Positions 1 through 8,317 of a stretch of 31,676 bases of DNA are shown here, one piece after another. Within the stretch, counting starts at the first letter, position 1; every line of letters starts with the position of its first letter. The notes under the pieces are model-generated. The model was not told the DNA's origin and made no database searches. It was given only the letters and a program-made list of their open reading frames with translations. Source of the DNA: Crocinitomicaceae bacterium (GTDB lineage: Bacteria > Bacteroidota > Bacteroidia > Flavobacteriales_D > Sanyastnellaceae). A program made the translations under genes and the position numbers. Location of the stretch: contig JADLBA010000062.1 in assembly GCA_020848015.1 (NCBI GenBank), forward strand, positions 1-31,676, read 5' to 3'.

Positions 1-1776
1 AACAATATCGGTGCATATTGCGACGGGATGGAGCCAGTGTCATTCACCGGTGGATATTCTAACCCTGCTGATGGAAATGCTACTATTTACCTGTTATCCA
101 GCAGCAATTTTGGTTGGCAGGGGTCTTACCTTCTAGTCACGGTGACGCACCCTGATAATAGCACCGATCAATACACTTTTACTTCCGGCAATACATTTAC
201 TATCGCTAATGCCCCTATTTCAGTCAATGATCAGATATGCATCAATTATGTTTCTTCTGGGGTAGGAGATGCCAATAATACCGTCTGGATATTTAACTGT
301 AGTAACCAGGGTCAAACCATCATTGGGCCAGGGCTTACGCAGGGGCAGATTTGGTGTGGAACATCTGGTTGTACGGCACAGCCGCTGAACGGAACATGGA
401 CTGTATCAGGACCAAATGGCTGGAGTTTATCGAATACAACCCAATACAACACTGTGTTCACTCCCGCCCAGTACGGGATGTACAATGTGTGCTTCAACGA
501 CCCTGCTTGTAGCATCAATCATTGCTACCAGTTAGAATATACACAGCCCCCTACACTGAGTATGAGTCCTGGAAATGATGTGTTGCTCTGCAACAATGAA
601 ACTACATCAATCAATTTAAATACTTCGGATATTGGAGGAACAGGGACAGTTTCCTGGTCGGGAACAGGTGTGACTGCTTCACCCAACGGATTATCGGCGG
701 TGGCGGGACCTTATTCCAATTATACCTCTACTACTGTGATGGCAACCCTTTCCAATGGCTGCGGATCAGCGACCGACTCATTCCTTCTCGAATATCAGCC
801 CAATGTTCCGGAGCCGGTATTGACGGATCAGTTAATTTGCAGTGGATCGTCTATCGTACTCGATCCGGTTCCTTCTAACGAGGATAACCCCAACATTCAA
901 TACGACTGGTCTCCCAATGCAACTGGTTCTACCTATAATGTCACCCAATCCGGAACCTACAGTGTAATGGTTTCCAATGATTGTGATCAATCAGGTACCG
1001 CGACTTCTTTTGTTACACTTGTGCCGCCGGCGACACTCGGAGAAGTACCAGAAGTGACTATTCTCGAATGTGACCAACAGTCGGTAGTACTTACTGTGGG
1101 TGTTCCTTCTGGTTATTCTATTCAGTGGGACAATGGAAGCAGTGAGTCTTCTATCACGGCTACTGAAACCGGCAATTACTGCTTTGAAGTAACCGATACG
1201 CAAGGATGCAACACTCTTGTGGAAGGTTGCAGTAATGTGATCATTAGTTCTGCTCCGCAGGCATTCCCCGGCGATTCAAATACCAAGCTGCTTTGTCCGG
1301 GTGAATGTGAGGAACTCGATCTCGGATCAATATCCGGCACATCGTATAGTTGGATTACCAACTGCGAGGATTATATCGTTGCGTCTGAAGAGTCTTCGGT
1401 TAGTATCTGTAGTGATCAGATTCCGGCACTTTGTCTTGGTGATGCTATCAGCATTGTGGGAACTATTTCTAATGCTTGCGGTTCTTCTTCTTCGGAATGG
1501 ATCGTACAGGCTAATCTGTGTGAGTTGACCGTTCCGAACGTGTTTACGCCTAATGCTGATAGCCTCAATGCGCATTTCTTTATCCAAGGGCTTGAAAACT
1601 ATCCTGGAACGCAGGTGAAGATTTTTAACCGCTGGGGCGGAGAGATATTCAGCAGTAGTAATTATAAAAATGACTGGGGACCTGCGGATCTTTCAGAAGG
1701 AACTTATTTTTATACGATACTTCTTCCTTATGGAAATAGAAAAACGCGGGAAGGGACATTTACCGTTCTCAGATAG
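1..1776 (+). CDS. T9SS type-B sorting (gliding-motility-associated CHU_C C-terminal domain) surface protein, 5'-truncated by the window edge
   Basis: Frame is open from base 1 (NNIGAYCDG-M). Cys/Ser/Thr-rich Ig/PKD-like repeats. C-terminus VPNVFTPNADSLN...IFNRWG...GTYFY...GTFTVLR is the typical type-B CTD. Confidence 0.88.
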   Translation, partial: NNIGAYCDGMEPVSFTGGYSNPADGNATIYLLSSSNFGWQGSYLLVTVTHPDNSTDQYTFTSGNTFTIANAPISVNDQICINYVSSGVGDANNTVWIFNCSNQGQTIIGPGLTQGQIWCGTSGCTAQPLNGTWTVSGPNGWSLSNTTQYNTVFTPAQYGMYNVCFNDPACSINHCYQLEYTQPPTLSMSPGNDVLLCNNETTSINLNTSDIGGTGTVSWSGTGVTASPNGLSAVAGPYSNYTSTTVMATLSNGCGSATDSFLLEYQPNVPEPVLTDQLICSGSSIVLDPVPSNEDNPNIQYDWSPNATGSTYNVTQSGTYSVMVSNDCDQSGTATSFVTLVPPATLGEVPEVTILECDQQSVVLTVGVPSGYSIQWDNGSSESSITATETGNYCFEVTDTQGCNTLVEGCSNVIISSAPQAFPGDSNTKLLCPGECEELDLGSISGTSYSWITNCEDYIVASEESSVSICSDQIPALCLGDAISIVGTISNACGSSSSEWIVQANLCELTVPNVFTPNADSLNAHFFIQGLENYPGTQVKIFNRWGGEIFSSSNYKNDWGPADLSEGTYFYTILLPYGNRKTREGTFTVLR

Positions 1777-1998
1777 AGCATTGTGGAGAGTACCGTGAAT
1801 GTGCAGGAAATTCAGAGAATAATGATTTGATGTGATCCGGATGGTTATATTTCACTTTTCACCGTCGTTTGCCCGTTGGTTGTGGTTATTCTAAGGGAAA
1901 TAAAATTCTTTTTCAAGATTGTTTGTGTGTGAATATAAGCGGAGCTTTGCACTCTCCTGTTTTTTGAAATTCACCTGCTTTGAACGTATTGATATTTT

Positions 1999-2188
1999 CC
2001 TGTTTTGTGCGAAGGGACACCCCAGAAAAAAAAGCGGCTAAATTTTAGACTGAAAAGAGGTTTACAATATCTCTTTGCTCGTGATTTTTCACAAGCAATC
2101 TGCTATAAACATTATTTGAAAACGGGGACTGAATACTGACTTTGTAAATGGTTTTAGCAATATCTATAACCTTTTCTGCACTGTATTT
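1999..2188 (-). mobile_element. IS1634-family (IS4 superfamily) transposase C-terminal remnant with putative right end
   Basis: Minus-strand 2188-2045 reads KYSAEKVIDIAKTIYKVSIQSPFSNNVYSRLLVKNHEQRDIVNLFSV*, resembling the EKAIxIAKTIY...LLxxxEQ...LF terminus I recall for Bacteroidota IS1634 transposases. It is followed by GGGTGTCCC...CAGG (CCTG at 1999 on +), a plausible terminal end. Confidence 0.62.
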
Positions 2189-2415
2189 CCCTCCCACTGA
2201 ATTAGCCTTCGCCCAACCCAGGTTTTGCTAATGAACGACCAAACTCACACACTACGAAACACCCATCTGTTGTTTACAACCAAACTATAAGGGCATCAGT
2301 CAAGCATGAATTTTTTGAATCTCCGTAAGGAGCCTTGAATTGGCCAATGTTTATTATAAAAATTTCCGAAATTCCTTATCAATGGGAATGTTAGTGCCAT
2401 CTCGCTCTTCTTCCG

Positions 2416-2423
2416 TAAAATTG
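2416..2423 (+). promoter_or_regulatory. Bacteroidota -7 promoter-like box (TAAAATTG) for radA
   Basis: One mismatch to TAnnTTTG, 3 nt before the ATG at 2427. Confidence 0.45.
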
Positions 2424-2426
2424 CGT

Positions 2427-3788
2427 ATGTCAAAAACGAAAACGGCTTTTTTCTGCCAGAACTGTGGTACTCAGAGTGCCAAATGGATCGGAAAATGCCC
2501 CTCCTGCGGTGAGTGGAATTCCTTTGTAGAGGAGGTAGTCTCACGCGACGATAAAAAGCCTTCAGGTTTTTCTACAAAGAAAAAAAAATCGAAACCACGC
2601 CTGATCTCGGATCTGCAAACCGACACAAAACAGCGCATACCCATACTTGATCAGGAACTTCATCGTGTGCTTGGTGGTGGGCTTGTGCCTGGCAGCCTCA
2701 TTCTCTTTGGCGGGGAGCCCGGTATCGGAAAATCCACACTTATGCTTCAGGTGGCATTGCGACAACTTAATCTCAGCGTTCTGTATGTTTCTGGAGAGGA
2801 AAGCGAAGAACAGATACGGATGCGCGTTGAGCGGCTGGGTATGGACAATCCGCGGTGCTATGTTCTGATGGAAACGGAGTTGGATACTATTCTTGTTCAT
2901 CTTGAAGATGTGCAACCTAATTTGGTGATTATTGATTCTATTCAGACACTTCAGTCAAGCGATATTGACAGTGCGCCTGGAAGCATTTCACAGGTACGGG
3001 ATTGCACCACGCGCCTGATGAAATTTGCGAAGGAAACTCATACGCCTGTTTTCCTCATCGGCCATATTACGAAAGAGGGAACGCTGGCGGGACCTAAAGT
3101 ACTTGAGCACATGGTGGATACTGTTTTGCAGTTTGAAGGCGACCGCCATCATATTTACCGCTTGCTTCGCAGTACTAAAAACCGGTTTGGCTCTACCAAT
3201 GAATTGGGCATTTATGAAATGCAGGGAACCGGATTGCGCGAAGTCGCAAATCCGTCAGAAATACTGATTCACACGCAGAGCGAGCAACTCAGCGGCTCTG
3301 CCATTGCGGCCACGATGGAAGGGTTACGACCCTTGCTGATTGAGATACAGGCTTTGGTGAGCACAGCAGTTTATGGAACACCCCAACGCAACACAACGGG
3401 ATTCGATATTCGCCGGCTGAATATGCTGCTGGCGGTTCTAGAAAAGAGATCGGGATTCCGGCTGGGAATGAAGGATGTGTTTCTCAACATTGCCGGAGGG
3501 ATGAGATTGGAAGATCCGGCAATGGATCTTGCAGTAATCAGCGCTGTCCTTTCTTCCAATGAAGACATCCCCGTTCCCGCGAACTACTGCTTTGCAGGAG
3601 AAGTTGGTCTTAGCGGTGAAATTCGCCCGGTGCCCCGGATTGATCAGCGTATTAATGAAGCGATGAAGCTCGGTATGGAAAAGATATTTGTGTCGAAGCA
3701 CAGTAAAGGTCTGCAGGAAGTGGGAAAGGGTATTCAGATAGTGGCTGTAGGCAAGGTAGAGGAGTTGTTTTCCGAGTTATTCGGATAG
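2427..3788 (+). CDS. radA: DNA repair protein RadA/Sms
   Basis: N-terminal CQNC...CPSC zinc finger, Walker A GEPGIGKS, KNRFG motif, Lon-like C-terminal domain. Start set at MSKTKTAFFC (2427) rather than 2340. Confidence 0.97.
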   Translation: MSKTKTAFFCQNCGTQSAKWIGKCPSCGEWNSFVEEVVSRDDKKPSGFSTKKKKSKPRLISDLQTDTKQRIPILDQELHRVLGGGLVPGSLILFGGEPGIGKSTLMLQVALRQLNLSVLYVSGEESEEQIRMRVERLGMDNPRCYVLMETELDTILVHLEDVQPNLVIIDSIQTLQSSDIDSAPGSISQVRDCTTRLMKFAKETHTPVFLIGHITKEGTLAGPKVLEHMVDTVLQFEGDRHHIYRLLRSTKNRFGSTNELGIYEMQGTGLREVANPSEILIHTQSEQLSGSAIAATMEGLRPLLIEIQALVSTAVYGTPQRNTTGFDIRRLNMLLAVLEKRSGFRLGMKDVFLNIAGGMRLEDPAMDLAVISAVLSSNEDIPVPANYCFAGEVGLSGEIRPVPRIDQRINEAMKLGMEKIFVSKHSKGLQEVGKGIQIVAVGKVEELFSELFG

Positions 3789-3991
3789 GCAGCCCCATAG
3801 TAGGAAATGGGAGTTCCTGTGCTTCATTTTTTGTGCGCGTAGGTTATCAGATAATAGTTGATGGAGCTATAAAAATTCCTTTTCTTTTGAAAATGGGTAT
3901 AGGAAGACTTTATATCCCAAGTGAAGGGCAATCCAGGTTATTTCCCCCAATTGAGAGCACGAGGTCACAATTACTTACAATTTTTCAAGTA

Positions 3992-4017
3992 AATAAAAGC
4001 ATTTGTTTACTTTTATT
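3992..4017. promoter_or_regulatory. Palindromic operator AATAAAAG-N10-CTTTTATT, candidate Rrf2 binding site
   Basis: Perfect 8-bp inverted repeat (3992-3999 / 4010-4017) spanning the TTTG -33-like box (4002-4005) upstream of the ric operon. Confidence 0.6.
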
Positions 4018-4027
4018 AAAAAATTAC

Positions 4028-4035
4028 TACCTTTG
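4028..4035 (+). promoter_or_regulatory. Bacteroidota -7 promoter box (TACCTTTG) of the ric operon
   Basis: Exact TAnnTTTG match 42 nt upstream of ATG 4078, with TTTG 22 nt further upstream. Confidence 0.7.
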
Positions 4036-4077
4036 TCCCTGAAAAAATTAGTTCAATAATAAAATACAATAAACAAA

Positions 4078-5049
4078 ATGAGCACAATTGAAGCGACAGA
4101 CAAGAGTGTACTGAATGTAACCTTGATAGAGCCAAGGTTAAAACACCCGACCATTTTTGAATGGTTTGACAACTTAAAAGAAGGCGAAGGTTTCACTATT
4201 CATAACGACCATGATCCCAAGCCGGTGTATTATCAGTTGCTCGGTGAACGCGGCAATATTTTTAGCTGGGAATATTTGGAACAAGGCCCTGAATGGTGGA
4301 AAGTAAAAATCAGCAAGCGTGTAACAGGAGAAAGTGATGAGACAATCGGACAAATGGCCGCCAAAGACTTGCGCAAAGCGCAGGTATTTAAAAAATATGG
4401 ATTGGATTTTTGCTGTGGTGGAAAGAAAACGGTAAAAGAAGCATGTAATGAAAAGGGGTTGGACGTTACCTTGATTGAGCAGGAATTACAACAAACTGAC
4501 AAAGTACAGGACTCTCGCCCGCTTCCATATAATGAATGGAGTCTCGATTTTCTGGCTGACTATATTGTTAACACACACCATGCGTACATACGCAAAAATC
4601 TTCCTGATATTCTGACCTATGCCAACAAAGTTTTCCGTGTTCATGGCCAACGGCATCCTGAATTGGAAAGAGTGTATCAGTTGGTTGAATCGGTTAATGC
4701 TGAGCTTACTTCGCATATGCAAAAGGAAGAGCAGATTTTGTTCTCTTATGTCAAGCAGTTGGTTGCAGCAAAAAATAATCTGAAAAAATTTGAGCAGGGC
4801 GCATTCGGATCAGTTGAGAATCCGATCAATATGATGGAGATAGAGCATGAATCGGTTGGAAACGATCTGAAAGAATTGCGCAAATGCACCAACAACTACT
4901 TACTGCCTGAAGATGCCTGTGCCAGTTATAGCCTGTTGTACCGTATGCTGGATGAATTTGAGAGTGATCTGCATTTGCACATTCACTTAGAGAATAATAT
5001 TCTTTTTCCAAAGGCGATTGAAATGGAAAAATCACTCCGCAACAACTGA
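4078..5049 (+). CDS. ric: Iron-sulfur cluster repair di-iron protein (Ric/YtfE/ScdA) with N-terminal DUF2249 domain
   Basis: ScdA_N motif DFCCGG. Hemerythrin-like di-iron motifs HHAYIR, HMQKEEQILF, EHESVG, HIHLENNILFP. N-terminal ~80 aa (LNVTLIEPRLKHPTIF...NDHDPKPVYYQL) is DUF2249-like. Confidence 0.92.
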   Translation: MSTIEATDKSVLNVTLIEPRLKHPTIFEWFDNLKEGEGFTIHNDHDPKPVYYQLLGERGNIFSWEYLEQGPEWWKVKISKRVTGESDETIGQMAAKDLRKAQVFKKYGLDFCCGGKKTVKEACNEKGLDVTLIEQELQQTDKVQDSRPLPYNEWSLDFLADYIVNTHHAYIRKNLPDILTYANKVFRVHGQRHPELERVYQLVESVNAELTSHMQKEEQILFSYVKQLVAAKNNLKKFEQGAFGSVENPINMMEIEHESVGNDLKELRKCTNNYLLPEDACASYSLLYRMLDEFESDLHLHIHLENNILFPKAIEMEKSLRNN

Positions 5050-5057
5050 TTCTTGCC

Positions 5058-5876
5058 ATGCAAACAAAATCAGCTCCTATCAAACGCAGCGAAGTGCTTG
5101 TGAGGTTCTCGCAGGAACATCATTTCGGATTGTTGTTGTGTTGGAAAATCAGACAAGGCATTAATAACAATATTGCGCCTCAAAGAATTGCCGCGTTCAT
5201 TTCATTTGTTTTCGAAAACGAATTAAAGCGACATTTCAGGGAAGAGGAGTCATTATTGTTTATAAAATTGGATGAAACCAACCCATTGCGTGATAGGGCT
5301 TTGCAGGAGCATCAAATCATCAGTAATTTGATGGCGACTATTAGTTCGGGGGATCAGAGTTATGATGTGTTGAATGAATTTGCCAACACCTTGGAAAAGC
5401 ACATTCGTTTTGAAGAAAGAACCTTGTTCAATGAATTGCAGAGCCAATGGGGCGATGCAGAGTTGACTGAACCGATTGTAAAGCATAAGACGAAGCCTGC
5501 TGATATAGGTGAAACATGGCACGATAAATTTTGGTTATCTAATAATCATCTTTCAGAAAATAAAATAACTCCCGTTGCTATGGAATGGGAAGAAGGAGCG
5601 GTAAAAGGATTTTCAGCAAAGAAATTGCTGATGCGTGAAAATGGCGCAATGAAGTTGGTTAAGGTCGCTCCTTCTTCCTCCTATCCCGAACACATTCATC
5701 CTGATAAAACTGAGTTTGCTTATGTAGTGAAAGGCACTCCTCGCTTTGTGGTTGGTAAGGATGAATTTTTAGCGATCCCGGATGAATTTTACATTTTTCC
5801 CACAAATACAAAACACGCGATTATTAATACAACGGATAGCGATTGCGTATTGCTGATTGGCAGTATTAAAGATTAA
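5058..5876 (+). CDS. Hemerythrin/HHE-domain protein fused to a C-terminal cupin domain
   Basis: SQEHHFGLLLCWKIRQG, HFREEE, EHQII, HIRFEER (hemerythrin-like). YPEHIHPDKTEFAYVVKG and PTNTKHAIIN (cupin motifs 1 and 2). Confidence 0.82.
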   Translation: MQTKSAPIKRSEVLVRFSQEHHFGLLLCWKIRQGINNNIAPQRIAAFISFVFENELKRHFREEESLLFIKLDETNPLRDRALQEHQIISNLMATISSGDQSYDVLNEFANTLEKHIRFEERTLFNELQSQWGDAELTEPIVKHKTKPADIGETWHDKFWLSNNHLSENKITPVAMEWEEGAVKGFSAKKLLMRENGAMKLVKVAPSSSYPEHIHPDKTEFAYVVKGTPRFVVGKDEFLAIPDEFYIFPTNTKHAIINTTDSDCVLLIGSIKD

Positions 5877-5886
5877 ATGCTTCAAT

Positions 5887-6696
5887 ATGGATGTAATAAA
5901 TGCCAATACAAAAATTGCTTCTATTCTGAAACAGCATCCCGGTGCCTTAGAGGCCATCATAAGTATTTCGCCCAAATTCAACAAACTTCGGAATCCGCTG
6001 ATGCGCAAGTTGATCGCTTCGAGAGCCTCCATATTCATGGCGAGTAAAATGGGCGGATGTACGGTAGATGATTTTTTTAAAAAACTTCAACCGCTCGGAT
6101 TCTCTATTGATAATACAGCCGCTGTTGAAGAAAATGCTGAGATGAAAGAATTGCCGGGCTTTATGAGAAATATTTCTGAAGGTGCTATTGTTGAACTGGA
6201 TGTACGCAGTGTGTTGGATGGCGGAGAGGACCCTTTGAAACTAATTCTTGAAAAAACCAAGCAGCTAAAGACTCAACAAATTCTTAAGCTCGTAAATAGT
6301 TTTGAACCCATTCCGCTTATTCAGTTATTGGAGAAGCAAGGTTATGAAACTTTTTCAGAAACCATTAACGATAATCTGGTTTATACTTATTTTTTCAAAA
6401 GTGAAAATTCTGCATCTCCGGAGCCACAATTGAATAACACTGCCGGCGATTGGGAGAACGTGCTTGCACAATTTGAGGGAAAAACAAAAGATGTAGATGT
6501 ACGTGCTCTTGAGATGCCTTTGCCAATGCTTACTATTTTAGATGAGATGGATAAGTTACCGGCGGGGCATTGCCTTTTCGTATATCACAAACGTATTCCT
6601 GTTTTTCTCCTGCCCGAATTGAAGGAAAGAAAATTTGAATATCGCATTAACGAAATCACAGACGGCGAAGTTCATCTTTTAATTTTCCGCCACTGA
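5887..6696 (+). CDS. DUF1858 + tandem DUF2249 (TusA/SirA-like) domain protein
   Basis: N-terminal TKIASILKQHPGALEAII...LRNP (DUF1858-like). Two LDVR/VDVR...P repeats with NSFEPIPL and HKRIPVFL motifs. Start set at MDVINAN (5887). Confidence 0.75.
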   Translation: MDVINANTKIASILKQHPGALEAIISISPKFNKLRNPLMRKLIASRASIFMASKMGGCTVDDFFKKLQPLGFSIDNTAAVEENAEMKELPGFMRNISEGAIVELDVRSVLDGGEDPLKLILEKTKQLKTQQILKLVNSFEPIPLIQLLEKQGYETFSETINDNLVYTYFFKSENSASPEPQLNNTAGDWENVLAQFEGKTKDVDVRALEMPLPMLTILDEMDKLPAGHCLFVYHKRIPVFLLPELKERKFEYRINEITDGEVHLLIFRH

Positions 6697-6697
6697 T

Positions 6698-7993
6698 ATG
6701 TTTGGAGTACCTGCCGGCAACCCCGAAACGAAAACAACTTCCTACAAAGTTGTGGTTCCCTTTTATATTTATGCTTCTCTTTCTTTCCTCGTGGCGTGTG
6801 TCTTATTATTTACTTCGAAGGATGTATTTCTTGGACACTATTTCCAACCCCGTATTTTGGCCATCACGCATACTATGGCATTGGGATGGGCTACGATGAT
6901 GATATTGGGAGCAAGCCATCAAATGGTACCCGTTTTAATTGAAGGAAAACTGTATAGCGAGAAACTTGCTTATGTTTCTTTCATTCTTGCCGCCATAGGA
7001 ATTCCCCTGCTTGTTTATAGTTTTTATGTATTCGATATGCAGGCTCCCGCGAAATGGGGAGGGCGATTAGTAGTACTTTCTTTTCTCGCCTATCTAATAA
7101 ATATGGCGAAGAGTATAATGAAAGGTAAAAGCAAAAATATTCATGCCGTATTTGTTTTTACTTCGGTATTCTGGCTATTAATTACTACGTTGTTCGGATT
7201 GTTATTGGTGTATAATTTTACTACTCCATTAGTAAATAAAGATTCGATACATTATCTTACTCTTCATGCGCATGCAGGAATTGTTGGATGGTTTTTGCTT
7301 TTAGTAATTGGAATTGCCTCGCGGCTTATTCCTATGTTCTTGATTTCAAAATATACTAATGCTAAGTTGCTGTGGATTATTTTTTATTTGATAAATACTG
7401 CTGTACTTCTTTACATACTTATTTTTTATAACGATTTCGGCATAAAGGGAATCGCATTTATTCCGGGTGTCCTTGTGTTATTCGCTGTTGCACTGTTTAT
7501 TTACTATTGCCGGCAGGCATACATACAGCGGCTCAGAAAGCAAATAGATGAGCCGATGAAAATATCACTGTTATCCGTTGCCATGCTCCTGCTACCTGTC
7601 TTGTTGTTATTTATTATTATCGGGTTACTGTATTTTACTGCGGGCGATAAAATCAATCTGATACTGGGCTATGGCTTTTTAACTTTCTTCGGATGGCTTA
7701 CTGCAATTATTCTCGGCATGACATTTAAGACCCTGCCATTCATTGTTTGGAATAAAGTTTACCATCACCGGGCAGCATTAGGAAAAACTCCCAGTCCAAG
7801 AGATATGTTTAATCACCCTGTTATTAAAGTAATGGGAATTTCTTATTTAGCAGGATTCATCTTTTTTGTTGTGGGGATTTTAGCATCTTGTATTGTGTTA
7901 TTGAACGCCGGATCCATTCTTTTAATTCTTACTGCTATTCTCTACAATTGGAATGTTTTTAAAGTAATCAATCATAAAGCTGTTATACAATGA
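6698..7993 (+). CDS. Polytopic (~12 TM) membrane protein with heme-copper oxidase subunit I-like repeats (NnrS/HCO-homology type), not a functional oxidase
   Basis: Three repeats of x-x-x-x-x-G-W-x5-G-x6-P (HTMALGW, HAGIVGW, FLTFFGW). No HPEVY or HH CuB motifs. Confidence 0.68.
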   Translation: MFGVPAGNPETKTTSYKVVVPFYIYASLSFLVACVLLFTSKDVFLGHYFQPRILAITHTMALGWATMMILGASHQMVPVLIEGKLYSEKLAYVSFILAAIGIPLLVYSFYVFDMQAPAKWGGRLVVLSFLAYLINMAKSIMKGKSKNIHAVFVFTSVFWLLITTLFGLLLVYNFTTPLVNKDSIHYLTLHAHAGIVGWFLLLVIGIASRLIPMFLISKYTNAKLLWIIFYLINTAVLLYILIFYNDFGIKGIAFIPGVLVLFAVALFIYYCRQAYIQRLRKQIDEPMKISLLSVAMLLLPVLLLFIIIGLLYFTAGDKINLILGYGFLTFFGWLTAIILGMTFKTLPFIVWNKVYHHRAALGKTPSPRDMFNHPVIKVMGISYLAGFIFFVVGILASCIVLLNAGSILLILTAILYNWNVFKVINHKAVIQ

Positions 7994-8313
7994 ATGTAGT
8001 GAGTAACATTAGTGTGAAATGCGATATAGCGCTGGTGGGTTTAAAAGATGTTTATGACCCTGAAATTGGCCTCAATGTGGTTGATCTCGGATTGATCTAC
8101 GAAATTGAATTTGAAGAGGAGGAAAAAAAGACGATTTGTAACATGACGCTGACCAGTCAATTTTGTCCAATGGGCGAATCAATCGTAGAAAATGTCCGCC
8201 AATCGTTGCAAACTTCTTTTCCTGACTACTCTATAGAAGTAAATCTGACTTTTGAGCCGCCATGGGATTATGAACGAATTTCAGAAAGTGGCCGTGAGTT
8301 TTTGAATGGATAA
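7990..8313 (+). CDS. DUF59 / SufT-like metal-sulfur cluster assembly factor
   Basis: VYDPEIGLNVVDLGLIY...MTLTSQFCPMG...LTFEPPW: conserved DPE...T-x-x-x-C-P motif. ATGA overlap with the upstream gene. Confidence 0.9.
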   Translation: MNVVSNISVKCDIALVGLKDVYDPEIGLNVVDLGLIYEIEFEEEEKKTICNMTLTSQFCPMGESIVENVRQSLQTSFPDYSIEVNLTFEPPWDYERISESGREFLNG

Positions 8314-8317
8314 GGGT

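Noticed and set aside
2340-2426. 29-aa N-terminal extension of RadA in the ORF track
   Set aside because: Low-information sequence before the conserved MSKTKTAFFC start; it contains the promoter-like box.
2341-2426. SOS box upstream of radA or ruvB
   Set aside because: No GGA-N5-TCC (Bacteroidota LexA-type) or CTGT-N8-ACAG motif seen in either upstream region.
2580-2588. A9 tract in radA (and the similar A-run near 24033-24041 in queG) as phase-variation sites
   Set aside because: Both are in frame, encode ordinary Lys or Phe runs in housekeeping genes, and show no frameshift.
3833-4042. 69-aa ORF upstream of ric
   Set aside because: GTG start, no recognisable motif, and it overlaps the promoter and operator; likely spurious.
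6698-7993. Calling the membrane protein a cbb3 oxidase subunit I or NorB
   Set aside because: It lacks the CuB/FeB His ligands (HPEVY, HH) and has no adjacent cytochrome c subunit genes.
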